A stretch of 64,000 nucleotides of DNA from Dendrobates tinctorius. Taxonomy: Eukaryota. The position numbers and the translations under genes are program-made. Below are positions 10,601 through 20,362 of this stretch, in pieces. The stretch is from assembly GCF_039654945.1 (NCBI RefSeq), contig NW_027361924.1:6820001-6884000 (forward strand), written 5' to 3'. Each line of letters opens with the position of its first letter. Within the stretch, counting starts at the first letter, position 1. The notes beneath the pieces are model-generated. The model did not search any database. It was not told the DNA's origin and was given only the letters and a program-made list of their open reading frames with translations.

Positions 10601-13600
10601 ACGTCCTGCTACGGTCTCATAGAAATTATAGAAAGGGTGGTCCAGAACGAACAGACCCTATACGACCGCACAATAATTATTCCCCAAGGGTCAGACGATT
10701 TTGAAATGAGAGCAAAAAGTGTGCGACTAATAGAAGGGGAGTAAGGCTCGCTGATTGTGATCTGTAACTATGGCGATGCCTAGATCTAGATAGGAGCTGC
10801 GTGCAGAAAACGGTAGGCAGTCTATATGATCGCTGGTTTTTCTTTTTCGGTGCAAATGATCTGAACGCGTCTCATTTCTGGCCACAGGAGGACACAGCGG
10901 GCGACAGCTGGCTGCTACACAGGCACAGGTTGCTCGGCACGGAGATGGTGTTGAAAAAGGTACGAGCGGTGAAAGCGGCCTGTCCGGCTGCTCACATCTG
11001 ATCCCATCACAAAAAATAGCGGTAAACGTAGAATTGATACCGTGTTAATGTGCTAGAGCCCCTTCAGATGGGACTACCCCCTTTATTAGGTTGCTCATTT
11101 TTGAGGATCTCTGACTCCGATCCGCTCCCTCCAGGGTGGTTACATGTTATGCTTGATTTTTAATCTTGCCTCTGTCCCCAGCCCAGCGTCACGTACCAGG
11201 CCATCAGCAAGCGGCTGAAAGTATCCGAGGAGGTGAGTACGATGCCCCATCACGTGTCCGGTCTGGTCCCTACATCGCCCATCGCTGACATCGATCCCGG
11301 TTTTCTGTTCACAGGACACCGGATCAACATCCATCCAGGCAGCAGACAGCACGGCCATCAACGGCAACATCACCCCCACAGACAAGAAGTATGTCCGCTG
11401 CCTTTCGTGCATTGTTTGCTTAGTTGTGTTTTTTTTTTTTTTTTTTTCCCGTCATTTGTTTAACCTCTGCTTGCAGTCAATGAATGGGAAGATGCCTGTC
11501 CCGAAATGTGCTTAACCCCTTAGTGACCGGGCTGACCAGTGTCACTTTATGTAGTAATCTCTCAACAGATCACATTGATTTTGAGATTGATATGTCACGC
11601 AAAAACATACTTTATGATTATGGCAAATTTGAGTTGATTTATCTTGCATTTATTTAAAAAAAAATATCAGGAATTTTCTATCTTTGAATATTCAGTTAAT
11701 CCAGACAGTCACACTACACACAAACATTAATATATAACTTTTCCTTCATGACGACTTTACATCAGCACCATTTGGAAAATGTTTTGTTTTGGTAGAATTT
11801 TAGAAGGATTGAAAATGTAGCCGTCGTTGTTTACAGGAAATTTAAAAAGCTTATATTTTTTTTTAGGAACTTGTTCAGTTTTGAAGTGACTTTGGGGGTC
11901 CTATATATTGGAAACCTCCAAAAATGATACCATTTTAAAAACTGCACCCACCAACATATTAAAAATTGATATCAGGTAGTTCATTAACCCTTCAAGTGCT
12001 TTTCAGGAATTAATGCAAAGTGACATAACAGGAAAGAAAAAGCCTATCTTTACCACTAAAGTTTTGGTAACTTTTGAACCACTGCAGCCGGCAGACGTTA
12101 AGGTCGTTATTTGGCCATGAACTGCCAATCAACATGTCAGGGTGCCGATGGGGTTAAAGAGGGAGCCCCCACTCTATATTAACCATTCAGATGCTGTAGG
12201 CACTATTGACAGCAGCATTTAAGGGGTTAAGCGGCCATGGGGGGGGGGGGTCACCATCGTGTGACCTCCATATTCCATGATGTTGTGCGGGCACTGGCAG
12301 CATGACAGCCGCAATGTTTGTGTGCCACTGTCGCCTTCTTTGTGTGAATCCGGTCACACCCGTCTTCTGACCCGTTTTCTCGCCTCTTTTTAGGATCGGC
12401 TTTCTCGGGTTGGGCTTGATGGGCAGCGGCATAGTATCCAACCTGCTGAAGATGGGGCACACGGTTACCGTATGGAACCGGACAGCGGAGAAGGTAACGG
12501 CCGCCTTGGGATCGGTCATTGCATCCCATTACACCGGTACGGCGTCAGCACTCGTTCAGGGTTGTAGTCCTTCACTGCGGCGGGGGTTGAGGGGGTGCTT
12601 GCGCGGTGCCAGCGATAAGTCACGTGTGATCTCATACTTCATTGGAATCACTGCAGCGCCCCCGTGTTCAGAGCGGTCAGGGCTGAGCGGTGGCTTCCTC
12701 GTCTGTTACTGACGGCCCTGAGAATATCCATCTCCGTTATATCTCTAAACTAGAACACGCCTGGAGGAATTCACAGTGAAGTGTGGGATCAAGACGAGGA
12801 CAGCAAGGTAAAGACGCTGTTTCATCTCCCTGCCGCCACCATTCTCCTCTGCCAAGGTCGTCGGCCATTATATTAGTTTTTGACTTTTTGAGAAAGATGG
12901 GTAACCGCCAATGTGACCTCTCGACTGGTCCCAGAGCCCCCGGCTTTCCTAGTCTGGTCATTGTACATCCCCAGCGTATCAGTCCTATGTGCGCATGGGT
13001 TATTGCTGGCTTCGGAATGAGTTAACTGAGAATAATCAGTGAGCGCCGTATGGTCCGACTGTGATTTACACTTGCGTTGCAGAGGGGCAGATAAAAGCCG
13101 GCTGTACAGCACCGCTCCTGAGCTCGCCCCATACTCCCTGCACGCGCCCTGTGATGAAAATGATTTACACTGGTCATTAAGGAGGAAAGCAAAAATATAG
13201 AAAAGTTGTGGCGCTTTATGGAGTTTTATATATATTTGTCCTGTATATTATTATTTGTCCTGTGTTGAAAAATGGAAATTTCAGAATGGCCATTTTTTCA
13301 GCCGCTGTTGTTCCTCCCTGGAAAAATGCGCCGTATGTTCTCAAAAATAGAAAAAAACTGCAGAAACATGGAAAGGGGTGAAAGTATCAATGAACCAGCT
13401 GATAATCGTGCCGGAGCGATGTATCTGGGGACACTCGACACTTGTCGTGATATTGGGGGATTCGGCACTACAGTCGGCCTCTTCCCCAGCCTGACGTGGC
13501 TGATAACAGCGAGCCAGAGATCGCACCACCGTGTCTGAGCTGTAGTTTTGCATTCAGTGGTCATTTCTTCTTTAATCCTGACGCTTCTTGTCTCCGTCCC

Positions 13601-16600
13601 TTGCAGTGCGACCTGTTCATTCAGGAAGGAGCTCATTTAGGCAGAACTCCGGCTGAGGTGGTCTCTACCTGTGACATCACGTTTGCCTGTGTGGCGGACC
13701 CCACAGCGGCTAAGGACGTACGTTTTCTCCATGTTGTGGCGTTGTATATGAATGCAGGGTGGTGGCCGCCCTAACATCATTGGGTAATCTCTGGGGGTCC
13801 GGCATGTGTTCGACCATTGCTATGTGGCTCCGGTAGTGGTTGGACCCCTAGTTAGCTGCTGGTGGCCGCGGCGGGGTGCTCCTGCTACCGGACTTGTTCT
13901 TTAATATGGTCATCTCTGCCTTCAGCTGGTGCTGGGACCCAGCGGGGTGCTGCAGGGGATCCGTCCAGGGAAGTGTTACGTGGACATGTCTACGGTGGAC
14001 CCAGAGACAGTGGCTGAGTTGGCACAGGTACCATGCTGTTATCAGTCTGTCATGTGACCTCGTACCCCAGCAGGTGCACCCCTCACCTCTCCTTCCTTCA
14101 GGTCATAGTGTCTCGGGGCGGCCGCTTCCTAGAAGCCCCTGTGGCTGGCAACCAGCAGCTTTCCAATGACGGTATGTTGATGATCCTGGCAGCCGGAGAT
14201 CAAAGCGTCTATGAAGATTGCGCCAGCTGCTTCCAGGCTATGGGCAGGACGTCCTTCTTTTTGGGTAAGCTGATGTTATGTTTGGATTCCATGCTGATAC
14301 CTGAAGGTGATGGCGCCGGCCGTCCTTATAGCTATGATCCTCCATCCTTGCATATAAGCTGGCATGTGGAGGGCAGATGCTGCTTGTGCATCATGGAGGC
14401 TGGCATGTGGAGGGCAAATGCTGCTTGTGCATCATGGAGGCTGGCATATGGAAGGCGAATGCTGATTGTGTGTAATGGAGGCTGGCATGTGGAGGGCAAA
14501 TGCTGCTTGTGCATCATGGAGGCTGGCATATGGAAGGCGAATGCTGATTGTGTGTCATGGAGGCTGGCATATGGAAGGCGAATGCTGATTGTGTCTCATG
14601 GAGGCTGGCATATGGAAGGCGAATGCTGATTGTGTCATGGAGGCTGGCATGTGGAGGATAGATGCTGCTTGTGCATCATGGAGGCTCACGTGGAGGGCAA
14701 ATGCTGATTGTGCATCATGGAGGCTGTCACGTGGAGGGCAAATGCTGATTGTGCGTCATGGAGGCTGGCACGTGGAGGGCAGATGCTGCTTGTGCGTCAT
14801 GGAGGCTGGCATATGGAAGGCGAATGCTGATTGTGTGTCATGGAGGCTGGCATGTGGAGGGCAGATGCTGATTGTGCGTCATGGAGGCTGGCATGTGGAG
14901 GGCAGATGCTGATTGTGCGTCATGGAGGCTGGCATGTGGAGGGCAGATGCTGATTGTGCGTCATGGAGGCTGGCATGTGGAGGGCAGATGCTGATTGTGT
15001 GTCATGGAGGCTGGCATGTGGAGGGCAGATGCTGATTGTGTCATGGAGGCTGACACGTGGAGGGCAGATGCTGCTTGTGCGTCATGGAGGCTGGCACGTG
15101 GCGGGCAGGTGCAGGTGCATCACGGAGCGGACATGTGGAAACAACAACAAAAATTGCGACCATAGATCACCATCTTTAAAAATATATAAATCATCTTTAT
15201 TAAGTCATGGACAAGACAAGACAAAATGGGGAATCTGTACAAAAGGCAACCAAAAGTGCAATAGTGCAAATGCAAAAACGAGCAGAACCAACCACGGTGA
15301 ACCTGAGCTGTAATGAAAAGGCTATTATTAGATATTCCAATCTATATAGGGAGAGGTATATACCAAATCCAAATGGATTCAAAGGGTTAATAAGTGGGAA
15401 ACCTGAACTGCCTTAAATTACTAGGACATCTGCACATGTCCATTATTCTACATAAAAGGGCTAATGCCCATCATTTATTGTCCACATGTGCCTTCCATAT
15501 AGAGGGACTAAGTGTCAGTCAGATCTACGACTACCGCCCCAAGATATAATCAGATATACTAACACAGCACATGTATATAAAAATATAAATAGAGCGGCTA
15601 GATATTCCCAATGCTGCAAAACATGCATATAACCCGGCGGGTCATAAACCCCGATAAACATTACCTCTCTTCAGCTTCAGGATGACCGGGCGGTGTGCTC
15701 GTCTCCCCGACGCGCGTTTCGGAGCAATGGGCTCCTTCCTCAGGCTGGCACGTGGAGGGCAAATGCTGCTTGTGCGTCATGGAGGCTGGCACGTGGAGGG
15801 CAGATGCTGCTTGTGCGTCATGGAGGCTGGCATGTGGAGGGCAGATGCTGCTTGTGTGTCATGGAGGCTGGCACGTGGAGGGCAGGTGCTGCTTGTGCGT
15901 CACGGAGGCTGGCACGTAGAGGGCAGATGCAGGTGCGTCACGGAGGCTGGCACGTGGAGGGCAGATGCAGGTGCATCACGGAGGCTGGCACGTGGAGGGC
16001 AGATGCAGGTGCATCACGGAGGCTGGCACGTGGAGGGCAGATGCAGGTGCATCACGGAGGCTGGCACGTGGAGGGCAGATGCAGGTGCATCACGGAGGCT
16101 GGCACGTGGAGGGCAGATGCAGGTGCATCACGGAGGCTGGCACGTGGAGGGCAGATGCAGGTGCATCACGGAGGCTGGCACGTGGAGGGCAGATGCAGGT
16201 GCATCACGGAGGCTGGCACGTGGAGGGGGGATGCGATGGACTGTAAAAATGTGTATCTCTCTCTTCCAGGCGAAGTGGGTAACGCAGCCCGAATGATGCT
16301 CATCATTAACATGGTTCAGGGCAGCTTCATGGCCACGATAGCGGAGGGCATGACCTTGGCACAGGTGACCGGCCAGTCGCAGCAGACCCTGCTGGACATC
16401 CTGATCCAGAGTCAGCTCTCCAGTATTTTCCTGGACCAAAAGTGCCAAAGTAAGATAGAAATAATGCTGCCATCTCCTTCCCCCTGCTCCATCATCACTC
16501 TGAAGGCCATGTTGTGGTCTCTCCTGACCGCAATGCTGTCCTCCTCCTGACCACAATTGTCTTTTTTTTTTTTTTTTGTTGTCTTTCTCCCCCTCCTCCC

Positions 16601-18765
16601 CAGCTCTTTTTCTCCTCCTCCCCCAGCTCTTTTTCTCCTCCTCCCCCAGCTCTTTTTCTCCTCCTCCCCCAGCTCTTTTTCTCCTCCTCCCCCAGCTCTT
16701 TTTCTCCTCCTCCCCCAGCTCTTTTTCTCCTCCTCCCCCAGCTCTTTTTCTCCTCCTCCCCCAGCTCTTTTTCTCCTCCTCCCCCAGCTCTTTTTCTCCT
16801 CCTCCCCCAGCTCTTTTTCTCCTCCTCCCCCAGCTCTTTTTCTCCTCCTCCTCCTCCCCCAGCTCTTTTTCTCCTCCTCCTCCTCCCCCAGCTTTTTTTC
16901 TCCTCCTCCTCCTCCCCCAGCTCTTTTTCTCCTCCTCCTCCCCCAGCTCTTTTTCTCCTCCTCCTCCCCCAGCTCTTTCTCCTCCTCCTCCCCCAGCTCT
17001 TTTTCTCCTCCTCCTCCCCCAGCTCTTTTTCTCTTCCTCCTCCCCCAGCTCTTTTTCTCTTCCTCCTCCCCCAGCTCTTTTTCTCTTCCTCCTCCCCCAG
17101 CTCTTTTTCTCTTCCTCCTCCCCCAGCTCTTTTTCTCTTCCTCCTCCCCCAGCTCTTTTTCTCTTCCTCCTCCCCCAGCTCTTTTTCTCTTCCTCCTCCC
17201 CCAGCTCTTTTTCTCTTCCTCCTCCCCCAGCTCTTTTTCTCTTCCTCCTCCCCCAGCTCTTTTTCTCTTCCTCCTCCCCCAGCTCTTTTTCTCTTCCTCC
17301 TCCCCCAGCTCTTTTTCTCTTCCTCCTCCCCCAGCTCTTTTTCTCTTCCTCCTCCCCCAGCTCTTTTTCTCTTCCTCCTCCCCCAGCTCTTTTTCTCTTC
17401 CTCCTCCCCCAGCTCTTTTTCTCTTCCTCCTCCCCCAGCTCTTTTTCTCTTCCTCCTCCCCCAGCTCTTTTTCTCTTCCTCCTCCCCCAGCTCTTTTTCT
17501 CCTCCTCCTCCCCAGCTCTCTTTTTTTTCTCCTCCTCCTCCCCAGCTCTTTTTTTTCTCCTCCTCCTCCCCAGCTCTCTTTTTTTTCTCCTCCTCCTCCC
17601 CAGCTCTTTTTTCTCCTCCTCCTCCCCAGCTCTTTTTTCTCCTCCTCCCCAGCTCTTTTTTTCTCCTCCTCCTCCCCAGCTCTTTTTTTCTCCTCCTCCT
17701 CCCCAGCTCTTTTTTTCTCCTCCTCCTCCCCAGCTCTTTTTTTCTCCTCCTCCTCCCCAGCTCTTTTTTTCTCCTCCTCCTCCCCAGCTCTTTTTTTCTC
17801 CTCCTCCTCACCCAGCTCTTTTTTTCTCCTCCTCCTCACCCAGCTCTCTTTTCTCCTCCTCCTCCCCAGCTCTTTTTTCTCCTCCTCCTCCCCAGCTCTT
17901 TTTTCTCCTCCTCCTCCCCAGCTCTCTTTTTTTTTTTTTTTTTTTCTCCTCCAGCTTTTTTTTTTTCTCCTCCTCATCCCCCAGCTCTCTTTTTTTTCTC
18001 CTCCTCCTCAACGCAGCTCTTTTTTTTTTCCCCCTCAGACATCCTGCAGGGGAACTTCAAACCAGACTTCTATCTAAAGTACATACAGAAGGACCTGCGG
18101 CTCGCGATCGCCATGGGAGACTCCGTCAACCACCCCACCCCTATGGCCGCTGCAGCCAACGAGGTGAGGCAGTCTCTGGGGTGGGGAGGTACAATGTTCA
18201 TGGCTTTTAAGTTTTGCATCTCATGCGGCCAGAAATAACCGCAATGCGGAGCCCGGGGCGGCAGTGCTGATCCTGCGTCATATACAGATGGCCCGAAAAT
18301 GCGACCCTGCCTCCTGTGGGCTGATACATGTCTGACGGCTCTTGGAAGAAGGGGAGGGAAAAGAAGGGAAATTGCCGGTGCTGGATTATTCTGGGCACAG
18401 CGCCATCTGTTTTCTAGTGGCGGTGCCTGGTACTGCAGCTCCGTCTCATTGAAGTGAATAGGACTGAGCTTCAGGATCGGCCATCTTATACTTAGTGCGC
18501 TTTTATAGGGGGCGATCCAGGATTACACTATCGTGGTTGGTTGCAGCTCCACCCCTGACACTAGGTTGTGTCTTGTATTGCATCTCAGCCCCATTTAAGT
18601 GAATGGAGCCGAGCCACAATACCTCAGATAATGCACCGGCGCCCCTTGTTTAGAGCGCCCCCGTCACCTCCATGTGTTTCTTTCCGACAGGTCTACAAAA
18701 GAGCGAAAGCATTGGACCAATCTGACAACGACATGTCCGCCGTGTACAGGGCCTACATCCACTAG
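3726..18765 (+). CDS. GLYR1: GLYR1/NPAC (PWWP + AT-hook + LSD2-binding linker + inactive beta-hydroxyacid dehydrogenase domain), 16 coding exons, 1596 nt, 531 aa
   Basis: join(3726-3766,5208-5244,5538-5617,6731-6872,7813-7986,9177-9263,10368-10421,11182-11232,11315-11388,12394-12493,13607-13717,13926-14027,14102-14264,16270-16449,18039-18163,18691-18765). All introns GT-AG with consistent phases; peptide motifs match GLYR1. Confidence 0.97.
3905..4712. repeat. 36-bp minisatellite GGATCTGGTGTGAGGGAGAGGAAGGATCCCGGCGGG in GLYR1 intron 1
   Basis: About 22 tandem units; decayed GGATC-rich continuation to ~5100. Confidence 0.95.
5208..5244 (+). CDS. GLYR1: GLYR1 exon 2 ([16 protein letters not shown] motif)
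   Basis: tttttAG acceptor, AAG|GTGAGT donor. Confidence 0.96.
5538..5617 (+). CDS. GLYR1: GLYR1 exon 3 ([27 protein letters not shown])
   Basis: cgcAG acceptor, CA|GTAAGT donor. Confidence 0.96.
5745..6671. repeat. ~81-86 bp tandem repeat (CAGCAGAATAGTGAGTGCAGCTCTGGAGTATAATACAGG...GGATCAGTAATGTA...) in GLYR1 intron 3
   Basis: About 11 tandem units visible. Confidence 0.93.
6731..6872 (+). CDS. GLYR1: GLYR1 exon 4 ([11 protein letters not shown]...[19 protein letters not shown])
   Basis: ctcAG acceptor, CAG|GTTAAT donor; PWWP C-terminal helix. Confidence 0.95.
7558..7610. repeat. (TA)n microsatellite
   Basis: Uninterrupted TA run. Confidence 0.95.
7813..7986 (+). CDS. GLYR1: GLYR1 exon 5 (Lys-rich, AT-hook PRKRGRPPK)
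   Basis: cccAG acceptor, AAG|GTGGGT donor, 58 codons. Confidence 0.92.
8093..9073. mobile_element. Non-coding inverted-repeat insertion of Penelope-like type with degenerate hammerhead remnants
   Basis: ~140-bp inverted arms 8093-8233 / 8932-9073; back-to-back CCCCAACGCACGTTTCG and CAAAACGCGCGTTGGGG motifs at 8259-8312. Confidence 0.6.
8423..8620. mobile_element. PIF/Harbinger-type MITE nested in the 8093-9073 element
   Basis: Imperfect TIR GGCCTGGATCACAC...GTGTGAAACAGGCC, TTA on both flanks, internal ACGGATCCG repeats. Confidence 0.7.
9177..9263 (+). CDS. GLYR1: GLYR1 exon 6 ([29 protein letters not shown])
   Basis: Long T tract + AG, GAA|GTAAGA donor, 87 nt phase 0-0; divergent linker ending F-x-W-x-P..SE as in orthologues. 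Confidence 0.85.
10368..10421 (+). CDS. GLYR1: GLYR1 exon 7 ([21 protein letters not shown]2/KDM1B-binding motif)
   Basis: Matches human DPHFHHFLLSQTEK; tgcAG and AAG|GTAGGC. Confidence 0.95.
10888..10959 (+). CDS. GLYR1: Candidate in-frame cassette exon of GLYR1 ([24 protein letters not shown])
   Basis: cacAG acceptor, AAG|GTACGA donor, 72 nt, phase 0-0, no stop; no transcript evidence. Confidence 0.4.
11182..11232 (+). CDS. GLYR1: GLYR1 exon 8 ([17 protein letters not shown])
   Basis: cccAG and GAG|GTGAGT; similar to human PAVCYQAITKKLKICEE. Confidence 0.93.
11315..11388 (+). CDS. GLYR1: GLYR1 exon 9 ([24 protein letters not shown])
   Basis: cacAG and AA|GTATGT. Confidence 0.95.
11512..12230. 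mobile_element. Degenerate TTAA-flanked non-autonomous DNA transposon fragment (piggyBac-like ends)
   Basis: Begins TTAACCCCTT and ends AAGGGGTTAA; AT-rich interior unlike the GC-rich flanks. Confidence 0.4.
12394..12493 (+). CDS. GLYR1: GLYR1 exon 10 ([33 protein letters not shown], Rossmann GxGxxG)
   Basis: tttAG and AAG|GTAACG. Confidence 0.97.
13607..13717 (+). CDS. GLYR1: GLYR1 exon 11 ([37 protein letters not shown])
   Basis: tgcAG and GAC|GTACGT. Confidence 0.96.
13926..14027 (+). CDS. GLYR1: GLYR1 exon 12 ([34 protein letters not shown])
   Basis: ttcAG and CAG|GTACCA. Confidence 0.96.
14102..14264 (+). CDS. GLYR1: GLYR1 exon 13 ([17 protein letters not shown]...MGRTSFFL)
   Basis: ttcAG and G|GTAAGC. 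Confidence 0.96.
15140..15744 (-). mobile_element. Non-autonomous Penelope-like/retrozyme-type insertion (~600 bp)
   Basis: AT-rich unique block interrupting a minisatellite. On the minus strand it starts with a hammerhead core and ends with AATAAA (15201-15196) and a T/G-rich tail. Confidence 0.65.
15705..15744 (-). ncRNA. Minimal type I hammerhead ribozyme motif
   Basis: Minus strand: C-CUGAGGA-A-GGAGC-ccauu-GCUCC-GAAA-CGCGCG-UC-GGGG. Perfect 5-bp stem II and palindromic stem III; the 5' strand of stem I is lost at the insertion junction. Confidence 0.7.
16270..16449 (+). CDS. GLYR1: GLYR1 exon 14 ([26 protein letters not shown]...FLDQKCQ)
   Basis: tccAG and A|GTAAGA. Confidence 0.96.
16585..18030 (+). 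repeat. Polypyrimidine-CAG tandem array (22-28 bp unit CTCTTTTTCTCCTCCTCCCCCAG) filling GLYR1 intron 14
   Basis: Roughly 55-60 units, each ending in CAG, running up to the real exon 15 acceptor. Confidence 0.97.
18039..18163 (+). CDS. GLYR1: GLYR1 exon 15 ([41 protein letters not shown])
   Basis: ctcAG and GAG|GTGAGG. Confidence 0.96.
18691..18765 (+). CDS. GLYR1: GLYR1 exon 16, coding part ([24 protein letters not shown])
   Basis: gacAG acceptor, TAG stop; matches the GLYR1 C-terminus. Confidence 0.97.
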   Translation, partial: VYKRAKALDQSDNDMSAVYRAYIH

Positions 18766-19515
18766 TTCCTCCATTTCACTCTCCAGGATCCTTCTTCTGG
18801 TTTTCCGCCTCTGTCCTTTTTTTTTTTTTTTCCCCTCCAGATATATATATATATTTTACTCATTTGGCACCAGTGTCTCGTTGTCGGTGAACTGTCGGCA
18901 CGTCGGCTCCTGTCCAGGCTGCGGTGCTGGATCCGCTCCGGCCTTGCACTATTGGCGACAGTTCCTCTGCCGCGCTCTATATCCGTAGTGACCCGTTTTT
19001 ACAAAAGTGGACCCTCCTGGTGCGCAGGACTTGTAGTCGGAGTGACCCCCTCCCCACCCCCGGTGCATGCTCATCTCGAGGACCATCCACTTCACTGCTG
19101 AAGGACACCGAACGTTACCTTGTGGACACCGGAGCGCCACCTTGTGGACACCGGAGCGCCTGTCCTCCAGATGACTACTTTCTTTTAAGATGATTCTCCT
19201 AGTTGTACAGTGCACAAGTTTTTTTTTTATTTTTCTTGTTCTTTTTTTTGCTAGCATCTCCCAAATTTTGTCCACCCATCACCCGGTCGGCCAGTCTCTG
19301 ATCACCTACTTTTTGTTTATCCCCCTATGTACTATTAAGGGCGAGGTGTGGTTGGTGCGTGCAGACTACAACCCTGCGGTTGGTCGTGCACCATATAACA
19401 CGATGGCTTACTGAACTACAACTCCCAGAATGCCCCAATAGCCAATGCCTCTCAAGCTTCTGTAAAACTACAACTCCCAGCATGAGCAGATGGCCAGTGG
19501 CGCCCCAGCTGTGGT

Positions 19516-19583
19516 AAAACTACAACTCCCAGCATGCCTGCAATGGAAATAACTGCCCCAGGCATGCTGGGAGTTGTAGTTTT
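19516..19583. repeat. Perfect 25-bp inverted repeat (AAAACTACAACTCCCAGCATGCCTG) from a MITE-like repeat
   Basis: 19516-19540 is the exact reverse complement of 19559-19583, 18-nt loop. Confidence 0.85.
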
Positions 19584-19648
19584 GTAACAGCTGGAGAGCC
19601 ACAGGTTCAAAACCGCAGCTGTACAGTCTGGGCTCCTATCTGAAATCC

Positions 19649-19681
<33 letters not shown>

Positions 19682-20362
19682 AGAATCCTTTGCCCTCCTC
19701 GCCCTCATTGTCTGCTATTACCAGATGTCGCACATTTTTGCCGCCTCTCGAACCTTCGTCCCCCGATCTTCAGTCCGGGGGGGCCTTCGGCCGTTTCATT
19801 ACTAGTGGCAGCTAAACCCGTCTCTTCTTGTAGATCCAGAAATTTTTGCCTTTTTGCTTTTAACTTTTTTTTTTTTTTTCTGCCTCCTACACTTATTTTT
19901 GCTGAATGCTTTTTAAAAGAAATCCTGGTTTTATTTATTGAGGTTTTATTGTGCTTTTCTTTTTTTTTTCTTCCTTTTATTACAAGATTGAGGTTCTGTT
20001 CTGCTGTGATTTAAGCTAAGAATTGAGGGGGCTTCATGCAGGATTTCCCAGGGAGGATTCTAGGGATGTGTGATGAGTCCCAAGTGAATCTCCACTTTTT
20101 ATTCTTGCCTTTTTAATGTTCGGCATTCTGTGCTGATTTTATTTTTTCATATCTTTTTATAGCAATTATTCGTTTTTCTTATCTAAAGCTCCAATTCCCT
20201 TACATGGACATATGAAGCGTGTGATTCCTGCAGACAACACTAGAGGGAGCTATGCTTTCGCACTGCAGTGGTGGCTGCAGGAGTAACACTTCATGTCACT
20301 TACGCCCATACAAGGGGAGTTGGAGCTTTGGATCCAGATGATCCACGGCGGCTGTAAAGGCA

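Larger units (their letters stand above)
14357..16226. repeat. 38-41 bp minisatellite (CATGGAGGCTGGCATGTGGAGGGCAGATGCTG...) in GLYR1 intron 13, split by an insertion at 15140-15744
   Basis: 41-bp units at the 5' side, homogeneous 38-bp units at the 3' end. Confidence 0.95.

Noticed and set aside
10623-10812. Possible extra exon in GLYR1 intron 7 (catAG ... ACG|GTAGGC)
   Set aside because: Immediate in-frame stop and a weak pyrimidine tract; cannot be supported without RNA data.
13150-13260. Box C-like GTGATGA in GLYR1 intron 10 (possible C/D snoRNA)
   Set aside because: No box D (CTGA) or terminal stem at a suitable distance.
16412-18238. 400-570 aa ORFs on both strands
   Set aside because: Low-complexity pyrimidine array; only the last part (exon 15) is real coding sequence.
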